A stretch of DNA of 64,000 nucleotides. Origin: Tubiluchus corallicola. Taxonomy: Eukaryota; Animalia; Priapulida. The DNA is taken from the NCBI GenBank assembly GCA_030141605.1, contig JAQGDQ010000597.1, positions 68,292 through 132,291 on the forward strand, read 5' to 3'. Both the position numbers and the translations under genes were made by a program. Under the pieces are notes generated by a model. That model was not told the origin of the DNA. It was given only the letters and a program-made list of their open reading frames with translations, and did not search any database. Positions 1-13,313 of the stretch are shown piece by piece; positions within the stretch are counted from its first letter, which is position 1; every line of letters starts with the position of its first letter.

Positions 1-801
1 CTCCATTGCTCTGCCTGTTGAATGTTATAGAAGGAAAAGTATGAAAGTTGCAAAATTTAAATAAAACAGCAGCAGAGCATATGCTGCGCTGTTGTAGCGG
101 TAGTAAATTTAAATGTCACAGAAATCACTTGTTCAGTAACTGAGGAAAATGTTATGAAGCTGGAGTTCGCTGTTAGCTATTGATCACTGCATCATTTTAG
201 TGGTTTTACTTTCTAGGTTCTTCAAATTACTCAACATTTAAATACAATTATTATGTGTCTATTTATTATGAGCGATTCATTTAATGCACAAAAGTGTGTA
301 ATGGATCTTTTTTACATTTAAATGAAAGCAACAATAACCATATAAAGCACAATGTCTAAAAATGACATCGCTAATTTAAAAATTCTAGCTTTCTAAAAGA
401 ACCGAGACATGTGAATTTGTCAAAACAGTTTCTATTGCGTGTTACTCTGTGAAAAGAACGACTTTTTAAAACTGATTCACTATATTAGTCACTCTGCGTG
501 ACTCAATATATTCACCAAAAACATGCGATTCGCTATATTCGTTCACATGATGTGACCCACGCTGTAGCACTTCGTCCAAAATCATTGTAAGAATACTGCC
601 CATGCACGCTGCAACTATTCTAGATTTTACCTATTCCAGATTTATTGTATTAACACAAACTCACTTGTCAGCACTATAACAGCGCCCAAACAGAAACCAA
701 CGAACAAGTACACACTGTAACACCAAGATGGTTGAGCATTCCTCGTTATTCGGGAAGTCACACGACGCAGGAAGCAAACACAGCACTAGGCCACCAGGAA
801 C

Positions 802-1003
802 AAGAAAATCCCAGGTCATCTACTCAGCACTAGTACACCCAGATATAAGAAAATCCCAGGTCTTCTACACCGCACTAGTACACCCAGATATAAGAAAATC
901 CCAGGTCATCTACACAGCACTAGTACACCAGATATAAGAAAATCCCAGGTCATCTACACAGCACTAGTACACCAGATATAAGAAAATCCCAGGTCTTCTG
1001 CAC
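802..1003. repeat. 46-47 bp minisatellite, about 4.5 copies (AAGAAAATCCCAGGTCATCTACACAGCACTAGTACACCCAGATAT)
   Basis: Directly visible. Confidence 0.92.
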
Positions 1004-4000
1004 CGCGAATTTTGTAGATTCCGAAGCAACGTTCACGTCAAAAAAACCACAGCACACGCGGTTAATACAAGGAATGAAAAGCCCAGACTGAACTATGTAC
1101 ATGCTATAAGTATGCTATGTACACGTACATAACAAGTAGATAACAGCGCCTTATCAGAACTTAAAATATCAAAGTCTTTCTGGTGACCGCAGTGCCTCAA
1201 AGCGACGGTAGATCTGTATATGCGGGAAGGGGGTCACTGTCTGCAGCTTACTTCTGGAATTCGTGTTTAGTAAGTGCTGCAATTTCAAAGTCGCTAACAA
1301 AACACGCACTACAAACAAGGCAAATGTAAAGCAAACGCAACGGGAAAGGTGGTGAATGTTTCTTCCTGTTTCTGACATTGTTTTCTCATGACACCGAAAC
1401 TCCATAAAAACTTCTGCCTCCGCAACAAATGTAAAAAACCGGGGGGAAATGGAACTTCACACATATTCGCCTCACCTAATGTACAGTGATGACGGTGAGA
1501 ATGATGATGATGCCCAGTAATAATGGCCACAACAACGACATTGGCAATGAGTCAGTCAAGGCGATGATCATGATGAAGATGGCAATTACTAACAGTTGTA
1601 AAAACTCTGCCTAAACGGGAAGCCAAGATTACACGCCACAGTGTTGTAGACCTGCAAGGTTATCAGGCATCACTACTCCACGTTGTGAGCCTTGTGACTA
1701 TCTTCATCATTACGTGTAAGGCGTCAGCATTCATGTTTCGATTGGATTGATTCAGTCGTGTGAATCAGCCACGTACAGGTCTAGCTCACGCATCATTGCA
1801 TGACACTTGTTCTACACTTTGGCACACTGCCAGAAAATCGAACCTGCTTACTTATCTACACACGACAGCAACAACTCAGTAATTACAATGTATGTCTTTA
1901 GGAATCAATGTTTTTTGTATAAACATATTTATTTAAATATACAGATTTAAAATACATTTATACAAAAAAATATAGCTGGGTGCCCAGCTATCAAATTAGC
2001 ATTGGGACAGTTTCATGTGCCATGCTGACTCAACTGTTTTTCTCGCTGGGTTACTCTTAATAATTAGCTAGATTTCGGTTCTACCACAACCATAAACGTA
2101 TTACTCAGCTTCAAAGCTAGGCCCTGCGGCCGAGTGCTTGTTATCAAACTGTAAGAAAAAAATCACTCATTACTTATATTTCGTATAAAATGCACAATGG
2201 AGTCCTTAAAAAATCAGATCCGCACACTAGCCACGCACGGTAGATGTGAGACTAAAGATTATAAATCATAATAGCTCACAAAGCCTGAAGCGATCACACG
2301 CTTTTTATGATCTTCGTCGGGGCTTAATGTTATCAGCTGGAAAAAATTTGTGGAATTTTGTTGTCGAGACAAAAATCTTATACAGGCCACTTGAGTAAAA
2401 ACCTTAGACCTTGAGAGTAAGAGTATAAACTAAATACGCCAAGGACAATTTTCCACGATTTGCAATGAATGTGCAAAAAGACTAACTGTTGCAAACTCAG
2501 CGCATACCATAAAAGTCTTATACTTATAGGGAAAAGTTGCATCAGTTGTCTCAAACAGAACTTAACTAGAACTTAGAATTTTAGTCTGCTGCATTCGGCG
2601 ACAGTAACGGTGGCGGTGATTATCCGGTAAATATTGCCGCGTGATGCGGGTAAACTAACTGTTCACATAGCTCAAACACCAAACAGTAGCAGCAATTAGC
2701 TTAATACTGGTATCACAACGAAAAAAGTTTCCGCCTGCGTGTCCATAAGCATTTTAATACGGGATTCTTTTGGTTATCAGGTTTGCTCGCATTTTTTACA
2801 ACTCGTGTGACCCAGTGTGAACAGTCTTAAAAAGACTAAGAGCGTTCCTGACCCAAATTCAGGAACGTTTGCCAGTCAAAACTCCAAAAAAGCCTTCTCG
2901 CTCGCAGAAAAACCATGCCGTGAATTTTATTTATTTACTAGAACCTACTCATGTTTCCACCAATCATGAGTCTAAAATATCGAGGCTTCTCAGAAATTCG
3001 CGGTCGAACGATAAGCAGATTCTGAAGCCCTTGGGCCTTGGCAGTCTTGTTGCATCAGACACGCGCCCGATAAAAACATTTTTCGTGTGTCGCCATCGCG
3101 CGGTCAAATGTGTTATCTTTTGCCGGCTGTTTGAAATGTGATTATTTTCACAAGAGCAAAAGTAGTGTTAATTTAGCAAGGTCGGATCTGGAATTTCTGT
3201 GTTTTTGCGGCAACAAGAGTAGGTGTTACTGACGCACAAAGCTTTGTTGACAATGTCGCTAAAGACTCATATTTCACAGTAAAAAATCTAAAGAATTCAA
3301 AATATCAGCCAATATTGTTTATCCTGACTAAGACTATACACAAGACAAAGACTAAGTTTGAAATCTTCCAATCCACAGTTTCCCAGTAAAGAAGCATAGA
3401 AACTGACATGTCCCTCGCTCATGTGACTAAAGGTGGCTGCATTCTTTCTCATAAAAATACCATTATTTGAAAAGTCTGAGTGAAGATTAGAAAGAAACTC
3501 GATTTCATAGTTGATGGTAATATATCTATAAACAAAACAGCAGGATTTAGTTTATGCAAGTTCTCACTATAAAGGTTTAAGTTTCAAATCCAGATACGTT
3601 CGCATTTAATCAACATTCTCTTTTTTTAACAAACTAGCTGTCCGTGCAGTGGGCACCAATACTATCTACTCTAGAATAAGTGATGCTGTCAATGCCACAC
3701 TGCGAACCTGCTAGGAAATCAGCTGCTGGTAACTCTGCCAATCTAACTGCCTGTCTATGTTATCTAGCAGCAACAAGCCAATATACAGGATTAAGAAACC
3801 GAGTGACTGCATAAACAGACCAGCAAAAATAAGCACTACGTTACGTTTACTGTTTTCTTATGAGCCTAGTCTAACATATTACCGGCATGAGTCAACACCA
3901 AGTCAGCCATTTGGCGAGAAAAACAAACAACAGTAACTGCATTATATCTGGCAAGGCTCTCTGAAGGAGACGAAGGGCTCTTGCAATCTTCTGAGAATTC

Positions 4001-5729
4001 ACAAAACTTTACTAGTGATCCACAGGCTCTGACCAGATGTCAGGTTAATGGAAAGAAAAATGACTGACAAAAGTGGAAGGATACGCCAAATAAGCTTGAC
4101 AATTCCACAAACTCAGCTGGAAGGCAAAGCGTCACAAATTGTCACATTTCGCTTGAATCCTGGGAATTAAAAAGAGATGAAAATCATGACAAAGCCAGCT
4201 AAGACAAGTCTATACTGATGAAGGACACGAGAATGGCAATAGATTCTGTAGCTAATGGGAGACATTTCCCAAATAAAAGATTCTGACAAATGACAACAAC
4301 TGTGCGCTTATGCTTACCAGAAATTAAAAAAACCACTAATGTCACTGATGCACACACACGTACTTATTCACATCTAGTGAAAAATGATTTAGTGCTTGTG
4401 CATTTAACGAACTGCACAAAACAAGTTTGCGTCTCCGAAGTTACGGTTTAATTGCACAAGCAAGGCGTTTCCGATACGTGAACTAAACAATTTCACAAAT
4501 CAGGGCCGTCACTCATGTTCACAAATGTATTTTTTTTTGTTACAGTTCATGTGTTATTATGCAAAAGATGACCTTTTGCTGGAACTGTGTCTCCACAATC
4601 TGAAAAATGTGAACGCGTCCCAATCCTCGTTGAACAAACAGCTACAATAAGCACTATAACACAATGATTTCTACAGATGTTTACATGTGTTAATGACATG
4701 ACTTCGCTTAAGAACTTCTAAGTAGGTAAGATAAATTGTTAAATGTCAAATACGTCTGGCTTCGCAAATCTCCACATTTGAAACCATTAGCCATACAATC
4801 TGTAAATATGATTCTGTCATGTTTGCTAGCTACAAAAGGAAGGTTCCACTAGTACTAATGATTAAGAAGAATTACGGACCTACTTAAAATTATTGTAGAT
4901 ACCTTGTTTTTGCAGCACTTGGTCAAGTTTTGTGCAGTTTTGAGTTAATGAAAATTGAAGATTGAAAATAAACCCGTAATCGTAAATTTTTGAAACTAAC
5001 TTGATCACAAAACTAAGAAAGACGAAGTCCATACCGAGCCTGGGAACCGACCCTAGGTCTTCAGATTATAGTTCAGTCCAACGTTTTACATTACCAGAGT
5101 GCTCGGCGTCTTTGATTTCATGACCTTGGACTCAATCCTAGCGTCTGTTAAGTAAACAGGAGGGCAGAATAATTGACTTCTGAACATTATTTTTAAGAGC
5201 TTCTGAACCTGTCCAGTGCTAGCAATTTCACTGTAAATGTACATGGCTTGGCTCGCCATAATCATGCTTTATCCTTTAGTTAACCTTCCCATTCTCCTAA
5301 GTTCCTGGCCAAGTGGAGCAGAAGCAAGAGAAGCGCTTGTTGCACAGCTTCAAAACGATGGGATTCATCGACGCGCGCACACGCAGCAGCAGCCTAAATG
5401 CCACTTGGTTATGTATTATAACACTGGGGTTGACATTTAGACAAACTTACAGCTAAGAGCAGAGAATTTCTCAGCAACAGCAATTGATTTCTAATAGCAG
5501 AGGTTACTGCATGCAAGCGTGCGCTGGTAACAAGGCTAGCAGGAGCGTATGGTGGAGGCATTCTCATGGCAGCGGTAGTGCATGGTGGGGATATTCTCAT
5601 ACTAGAGGTTGCTACATGCAAGCATTTGCTGGCACAGGCATTCTCATAATTCAGAGCAGCAGTTACTACATGCAAGGTAAAAAGTTAGTGGCAGCACAAT
5701 GTACGTGTATCTCTTACATTAATATTCTT

Positions 5730-5869
5730 GGTATGGGCTTTATATATATATAAGATTCGAGGCTACAGCTTCGACGAGGGCACCATTTGCGGCAATCTAT
5801 ATATCAAACGAAAGGTCTCGATCTAGTGTCTTCTCATTGATGGTTTATTTTCCGAATCGGGCCCACCGG
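5730..5869 (+). repeat. Interspersed repeat, copy A (homologous to 43694-43831); possible non-autonomous DNA/Helitron element end
   Basis: Shared GGTATGGGCTT..TATATAAGATTCGAGGCTACAGCTT...ATCTATATATCAAACGAAAGGTCTCGATCTAGTG...CGAATCGGGCCCACCGG. Confidence 0.75.
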
Positions 5870-8800
5870 GAGGAACGGGGGACGAAAAACCTCCAAAAAT
5901 GGCCCTTTTTCGGCCGTTTTTTGCAAAAGTTATACGGCTGAGATGTAGAGAACGGGAACGGGCCGAGGGGGGTGCTGGGTATGGATAGATAGTCCGTTTA
6001 GCGGTGGGTGTAGTATTCTAACATGATTACAACTATAATGCGAGTGCTGGAAACAAAAGTTAATAAGGCATTGGATATTCTAATAACAGGGATCCATGCA
6101 TGCAGACATGAGCTGGAAACACGGGCCAGAAGAAGTAGTACACAGTGATTGCATTCTCACAGCAGTACTTACTGCATTGAAACATGTTTGTGCTGGTAGC
6201 AAAGATTAGCTTAGCAGTAAGGTATGATGGAAACATTCTAACAGTCAAGAGTATTGCGCACCAGCATAAGCTGGTAAAACAGGAGAGTGCATGGCAAGTG
6301 AATTTTCACAGCAGAAATTTATGTACATATGCATGTACTAGTAACAAGTGTCAGGTACTAGAAGTAACACATCAGTGAATACACGGGCAGGTTGCAGTGT
6401 CATACCAAGGATTAATGTAAACGATACAAAGCTGTCTAATGCATCTAGGTGAATCACCAGGCATCCTCATTCTTGGAGAAGAGGTTACTGCTCACAAGTA
6501 TTCTGGTAAAGACACTATACTTATTCATGTAGATGATATCACTGAATGAGTGGAAAATAAATAAGCACTTATTTTTTTAAATTAAAGTGACAATGAATTT
6601 TCTCTGCTTTCACAACAACAGACTTCGTGAGCTCAAAAGTTTCCAGAGAAGGTTCCTCCCATCATCGAAAATGGAATGCTCTTACTGAACTAATTCTAGT
6701 AAAAATTCATTAATGTGCTGCATGCACAATACAACATGATTCAGTTTATTACTACTAAAGTCTGTCTTGCTGGAAGCCGACATTAAAAATCAATATTCGT
6801 GGAGACAGCCATGCAAAAACATAACTCATAATATTTACTGGGTGCAATAAGATGCAAAACTACATTGTTAAGCATAAACTAGTCTAATGAATGCACAAAT
6901 AATTTAAAAACCAAACTCGACGGCTGAATTGGTTATCAAATACCAAAAGACAAAGCACAACCCTAGCATCCCCAAAATCCATTGTCAAATATAGCTTGGA
7001 TGCAGACATTTTTAGAAATTTTTAACCAATTATCGCCAGAACTTGACAGCACTACCTTACACAATGAAAGAACTGTCTATTTTAATACATGGTTATTTAT
7101 TTGTCTCGTTGTAACAGATGAAAGACAAAATTCAACCCCTACGGACAGTACTCACCTATAGAACATGTCAAATTCCTAAAATTACCACAGAAAGAATACC
7201 TATGTGCAATCTACTTGCTAAGTCCCCAAACGATAAAGATCAGACCCTGCAAAATTTTAAGATAAAATCCTTTGATTTGCAGGAATGCCTGATTTTTTAC
7301 ATGCTGCTATAAAAAGTGCACACTCGCTGTTACAAAATGCTAACGATTCCATCTGCTCTTTCCTGTAGGCAAATGATCCAGCAGAAGTTACCTTGAATTC
7401 CCCTGTTTGAGAAGCCATATACTTAAATATAACCTTCTACATGATTAATACGGCTTCTTAAAGAATATTTAAATGGGATTATAGATTATTCATATTGCAT
7501 ATTCATAACTGCCAGAATTTTGAAATATAAATCATATCAAAGGCAAGGTAAAGGTAACATAAAGGTAAAGTAAAGTAATAAAAAAGGATCAGGATAAAGA
7601 TAAAGAGGGTACTCAATAGAAGGTGCACAGCACAATGCAGTTCTATGCTCATAAGAAGTCATTATAGAAGAAAAGTTAATTTGATTGACCTCCCCAGGTC
7701 ATTAATTCACTATACAGTGGGTTTTGCAGGGGGATTGCCATACTAGAAAAGCAATAATTCATGACCACCAGCCTGCTCAAATTGATTAAGACTTTTTGGC
7801 ATTGTCACCTTGATCTCAGACGTACTAAACCAAAAAGCAATGGGTGCCCAGACATATCCTGTGTCAAGTTTGGCCCGTTTTGATCGTATTGCGCAGACAG
7901 GTACTCACACAAGTGCCCACATACATGTAGCCTCGACTAAACACCTTACTGTCAGTGAGGGTAATAACAACATTATGCAGTTTAACAGCAGTATGAATAA
8001 AATGCGCAGCATATGCAATTTTTCCTAAAGGTGTTTGAAATTCAAAAATTGATTTAGCAGCAACTCAGTCAGATAACCATTAGCATCTCTAAACAGTTCT
8101 ATTCAATATCATGCCAAACCAGCAGGATAACCAGGACAACAAGCAGCGCTAGATACTGTTCCAAGTTAAAAATCGACACAAACCAAACATTCGACCCACC
8201 AAAATACAATGCATTATGATAATCATAATCAGCTTCATATTACCTAACCGACTAACACTCTGGTAACTAGAGAACCAAATAAAAATGTTGCCTACGAAAT
8301 TAAAATTCAAAGCTGCTATATTTCTAAGGGGAATTAAAGAAGCCCTTGCTATTGGCCATGATTTCATTGATCTTCTCTGAAGGTCACTTTGGATGGCTTC
8401 ACATGTATTATTGATGAAACTTATTAAGTCTAGCAGCACTAGATCTATGCAAATCCTCTTACAAAACCTGTCACAGAAAACTGAATAATGACACACAAAA
8501 AAACACTTTGGGCTTGGATTTTCAAAATAGTAAAGCTGATTACAAGGAACTTTTTTGAAGCTAAACTAAGACAATCATAGACATAGCAAATCCGGTTGAA
8601 TTGTAGAACCTGGTTTGATAGTAATACGCTTTGAAAAAAATAATCATGTAAATTCAACTCAAAAAATGTGTAGGGAAGCTAAAGACGTTGTGACCTAGTG
8701 AGACCCATCTTTTCAAACGTATTTTGGTTGTAGATGCTCAATTCGAAGCACCAGACAGAATTGAATGTGTCTTGGAAGGTTTACCCCACATCAATGAGCC

Positions 8801-9705
8801 TTTTGGCAATTCCAGCAATTTATAATGATCATGAAAAGGTCAACGGCTTAAGTGTGCCAGATAATACATTTGTGTACACCTGACAACATCTCCCAGCCCA
8901 TAATATTGTAATAGTAACACTTTTAACAGCTGGCTAGAACCAAGTAAGGTCTGCGCAAAACAATAAAACAAACATATGCAGCAGACAGGTTTGGTTTACA
9001 CACATGTCACAACTATGCGTGCTCACAACGAAACTGTGAAAAGGCTTATTGTTTAGACGTTCACATGGTTTGACTTGTCTAGGCCGAGATCAGGGCTTGT
9101 TTTTTCCGCCAACGTGTAACCTAACATTTAATTTTAAAAGAAAGTTGTCTTTGCTTCGCTAACAAATTAGTTTTGGCAAAGATGCAAAATGATAATGTCT
9201 ATAATGTTAAGACCTTTGAGTAAATAATAGCGTGTAAACATTTTGGATTATTAAACAAGCATATATATATATATATAAATGTTAATGTTTATGTTGTAGT
9301 TTAAGTCTTGTTAATGTTTAGTAAACTGCTCGAGAAGCCACTTTCAGTTCTGCTGTGGAGCTTAACTAACTTCTGCACAAAAAGCAGTCTCTCCTTTAAA
9401 AGGCAATGTGACCAGGAATGAGTTATAGCAAAGGAAATCTGGAAAGCAAGCTTTACATTGCTGTTGAAGGCTGTATACCAGCTAGCGCCAGGTCACTGCC
9501 TTCTTTAGAGGAATTACATTAAAGAAAAACAAGAACAAGTGCTAAAGTATAATATACAGAGCAACAATGCAACAATACACTTCCTAGAGAAAGAGTTCAT
9601 CGGGTCTGTTTAAAACGCATCTCTAGACACATATTTATCTTTGCCTCTTCTTCAATAAGCAGGACGTTTGCATCGGCATCACAGGTATTATCATAACCCA
9701 TTTAC

Positions 9706-9717
9706 CTTTCTTCGAAT
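9706..9717 (-). CDS. Candidate 12-nt micro-exon (IRRK) of the gene starting at 11953
   Basis: TTTGCATGCAG|ATTCGAAGAAAG|GTAAAT; phase 0-0, compatible with the first exon. Confidence 0.35.
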
Positions 9718-9968
9718 CTGCATGCAAAGTTCTCAGAAGTTTTCTTATGGACCTGTCCAGGTACGGAATATAACAGCCCTATTACTAGTGTGACCAACAA
9801 ACCAGGCTTGATTACACAGATTCTATGGGTGCAGCACTCAGGCAAAAATAGAGCAGTGAATGCAGAATACTGTGCTAAAATATTATAAATGGAGGGAAAT
9901 CTAAAGTCTAAACAGACGACAATGTCATATCTTTTTAATCGATTTGGCATTCATTATTGAAAATATTC

Positions 9969-10097
9969 ATACAACAAAAATCATAGATGGATTCATGGAT
10001 GTTTTTAATGAATAATTCTAATTTTCTTCTTTAAAGAAAGAATAAAATAGAATTCTTCGTTAAAAACATCCATGAATCTGTCTATGATTTGTTGTAT
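9969..10097. repeat. About 130-bp imperfect palindrome (hairpin-type MITE)
   Basis: ATACAACAAAAATCATAGATGGATTCATGGATGTTTTTAA... pairs with ...TTAAAAACATCCATGAATCTGTCTATGATTTGTTGTAT. Confidence 0.85.
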
Positions 10098-11839
10098 TGG
10101 GAACTAAACTTTATTTGCTAGTTAATGGGCTTTGCAGACTTTTACAGTTTCTTATGCTGTATCTGAAAATATTACAAAAAAGACAAATTCAAAAAAAACA
10201 AAACTTATAACTATAACTTACAGGGATAGCTAATTTTAAGGAATATCTAAAAAATGCAAAACTAAGTTACGTCGTGAAGCAACACACAACTTTACTTATT
10301 TGAGAAGTCTGTGCTTGGTCAGAAGAAAATTAATAAAAAACAGTAATAAACACTTAAGCAACTTAATAAGAAGTACTGTACCTAATAATATGCACAATAA
10401 TGTAACATTTATCACCGACCAGTGTATCTTATATTAAATTTTAAAATTTGACTTACATGTCCACCCTGACAAAGCTAGGAACCTAAATGCATTAAGCTCA
10501 GCAAACAAAAAAGCATGTTAAATTAAATCAAGTCAGACAGTTTTCACACAGCCCTTGGCATTACTAACAATAGTGGTAGTGGTAGTATACTTGCTACATT
10601 AGTTCAAAGAATTATAGAAATTCATTATACAGCAAACACTAAGCACAAAAACCTCAGTGGTGAACAGTCATACAATAACAATATTAACTAGATTATCTGT
10701 AAACAAAATACTCTGACAAATAACTTGGCGGAAGTGTAATAGAAGCTTCTGGATCAAATTTACGGGGATGGTCACTCTAATATTCAACGTACCTTGCAAA
10801 TCTCACATTAGACGGCAGGGTATTTCAAACCTAAACACTGAACATGAAATATGCAAGCATCTGCAAAACCTTACAGTTAAATGCCTTTTCCACCACATGC
10901 CTGCATTGGAAAGGGCCAATATGGGGAAGAAAGTGCATAAGGAGTGATGTATATATACTGTAAATGGTGATCTGATCACTAGATCATCACTGGATCCAGC
11001 TATTTAAAAGCTGATATATTAAAGTTTGGCCTAGATCAAATTGTGTGCAGTTTTTTTTACCATTTCTCATAACTGCTAGCTTACACTAGTGATAAGCAAT
11101 TTCAGGAAAGAATTTTATAATTGCCTGATTCATGCTCAAATCATCATTTACTGTGTATGTACTTGCCTATACTGTCTGCTGAAACTCTGAAATTAAAATA
11201 CCGAGAATTTTGAGGCAATCAAGAATAGTGAAAGACACTGTGCAATTAATTTTACTAAAAGTGCTGGATGTTTATCCAAGAAATCAAATTCCAAAGAAAA
11301 AATGAGTCAGACAATTCTGACGCACTCAATCTAATTGCTAAATAACCCCAACACCACACAATTCTGACAGACTCAACTGAACTCTCAAATAAGTCCAACA
11401 TTTTAAGAATACCAAGTTTGCCACAAAACCCTAATGTCCAAAATACCACAAATGACATGTTTGTCTTAAGAAGAGAAATTCAGTGAACTATAGTGATTAT
11501 TTTAGACTACATTAATGCGGAAAGACTTATTAAGTACTAAGTAAGTAAAGTAGTATTAGTAAGCCATCATAATTCCTTCGTCCAAGTTAATTATGTACAT
11601 AAATCTTTCAGATAACTACCGTCAGAATTCAGACAAACTTTTCCTATACAACTAAAATGCAACAGCACAAAAACGCTTTACTCATTTCTCCTTTTGTTTT
11701 ATCCAGGCCTCGTTGTGTTGCGGTACATGCAAACCGCAGCGCAGTGGCCAAGAAAACAAAACATCACCAAACAATGACAAATTTCTGCAAGACAAAAAAT
11801 GCACCAATACTAAAAGCTTGCGAAAATTAAAATATGTAC

Positions 11840-11953
11840 CTCGTCTTGAAGTGTAGCACCTTCGAATTCACCTACATCTTCCAACGAAGAGCCATAGGAG
11901 GTTGATAAATTAGGAACAGATCCGTTTAACGACGGAGACCTTACGGCCGCCAT
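11840..11953 (-). CDS. First coding exon of an unidentified gene (MAAVRSPSLNGSVPNLSTSYGSSLEDVGEFEGATLQDE), continuing toward or beyond the left edge
   Basis: Kozak-like GTCATGGCG start, 38 open codons, GAG|GTACAT donor, CpG-containing context, and an upstream GTCACATGAC E-box. Confidence 0.6.
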
Positions 11954-11978
11954 GACTGTCTAACAAAAAACATCACGG

Positions 11979-11988
11979 GTCACATGAC
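11979..11988. promoter_or_regulatory. E-box / CLEAR-like element GTCACATGAC
   Basis: Near-palindromic MiT/TFE/USF-type E-box about 25 bp upstream of the ATG at 11953. Confidence 0.4.
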
Positions 11989-13313
11989 CAACTTTACGAC
12001 CAAATCGTTTTCGCCATCTACCGAGTAAACAGCAAAACAAAATTGGCTTTTGCCAGTTTTCGTAAAATTCTGACGAGTCAAAAATGACTATTGAGAATAT
12101 TGATATTTTTACATAAGTTGGATATGTGACACAATGGGGAGAATATTATAAGAACTACTTAAGTGTTATTACTGCGTACATCATTATACATAATGCACTG
12201 CTAAGTTTGTTTTTTTTTCAAATCCATTCTGTGGAACTCCAGTTACTATTTAAATAAACTAATTGGTAAATCTTTTGTCACAACTTCATTAATTACTGTA
12301 ACTACTTAAAAATATAAACTAAGCTACAAAAAATTAATTGCTTCTGATGATTTGATCTTATTATAAGCTGTTGTTAACATTATTATTGTTATTGGGCTCA
12401 ACCGACTACTATAAATTATTCTTTTATTAAATTTTATACAAAATCTCCTAACATAATTTGACACACGACTAGCACATTTTACAGTCAAGCTTGGATGAAT
12501 TCAATAAAAGCATTGTAAAGGTCTCACAAATTTATCATCAGTATTGATCTGTATTAACAAAATTGCACAAAGTAAAAATGTATTAATTAGCTTGCTGTAT
12601 TCTTTACATTGCAAAAGATTAGCAGCATTTTCGTCCAAATTTGCTCACATAATCACAGAGCACAAAGTTTAGTAAAAAATCACTAATAGTGGTTTCTTCT
12701 GTGATTATCTTTCTTCTGTAACACTAGCTTTGCTGTTTCACTCATAAACCTCCTAGCAGTAGCAAACAAGGCAAGGATTTTCAGGCTTTGTAAGAGTTCT
12801 ACTAATCTAGAGCATTTTGTATAAAATATTGCATGCCTGACTATCTTCGAATGAGGTGCATAAGTAAAACAAATTTTGTGCGAGGAGATATATTAGTTAT
12901 TTTAAGTTTGTGTAATGTACTATAATTGAAATTAAAGTGGACAAACTAATATGACATAGTAATAATGACATTAATATGTAATAGTCATAGTAATAACATG
13001 ACATTTGATAAGCCTAAACTGGTAATTAAAAAAAAAGTTGTGTGCAATTTTTGCCATCTTCCCTTTTAGCTATCAACAAAGTAAGTATAAAGCAACTGTC
13101 ATAACTTTCTTCATATTTTTCATGGTACAGATACCATCAACAGAAGTTTGGTTCCTTCAATAATTTTGATCTCCTTACTGTTCTTCCTTCCTAAGAGATA
13201 AAAATGCTCTGCTGACTACCAGCACGAGAAAGATAAGAAACTTTATGCCGCACTTTCTGCATTTTTTCAATATTATTAAATGTATATTCACGCTGCAAAG
13301 TTTCCCAAAACAA

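Noticed and set aside
728-937. 69-aa ORF with repeats
   Set aside because: Translation of the 46-47 bp minisatellite.
1309-1590. His-rich or hydrophobic ORFs
   Set aside because: Explained by degenerate (GAT/CAT)n sequence; short and stop-terminated.
8149-8870. Possible very old CR1-like RT fragment on the - strand (IQSDLQ...LNF)
   Set aside because: Motifs are too degraded to support a call by eye.
9706-11953. Mucolipin (TRPML) identity for the left gene (YGS...QDEIRRK plus CLEAR-like box)
   Set aside because: The diagnostic LxFFFMNP continuation was not found in the window, so the resemblance is too weak.
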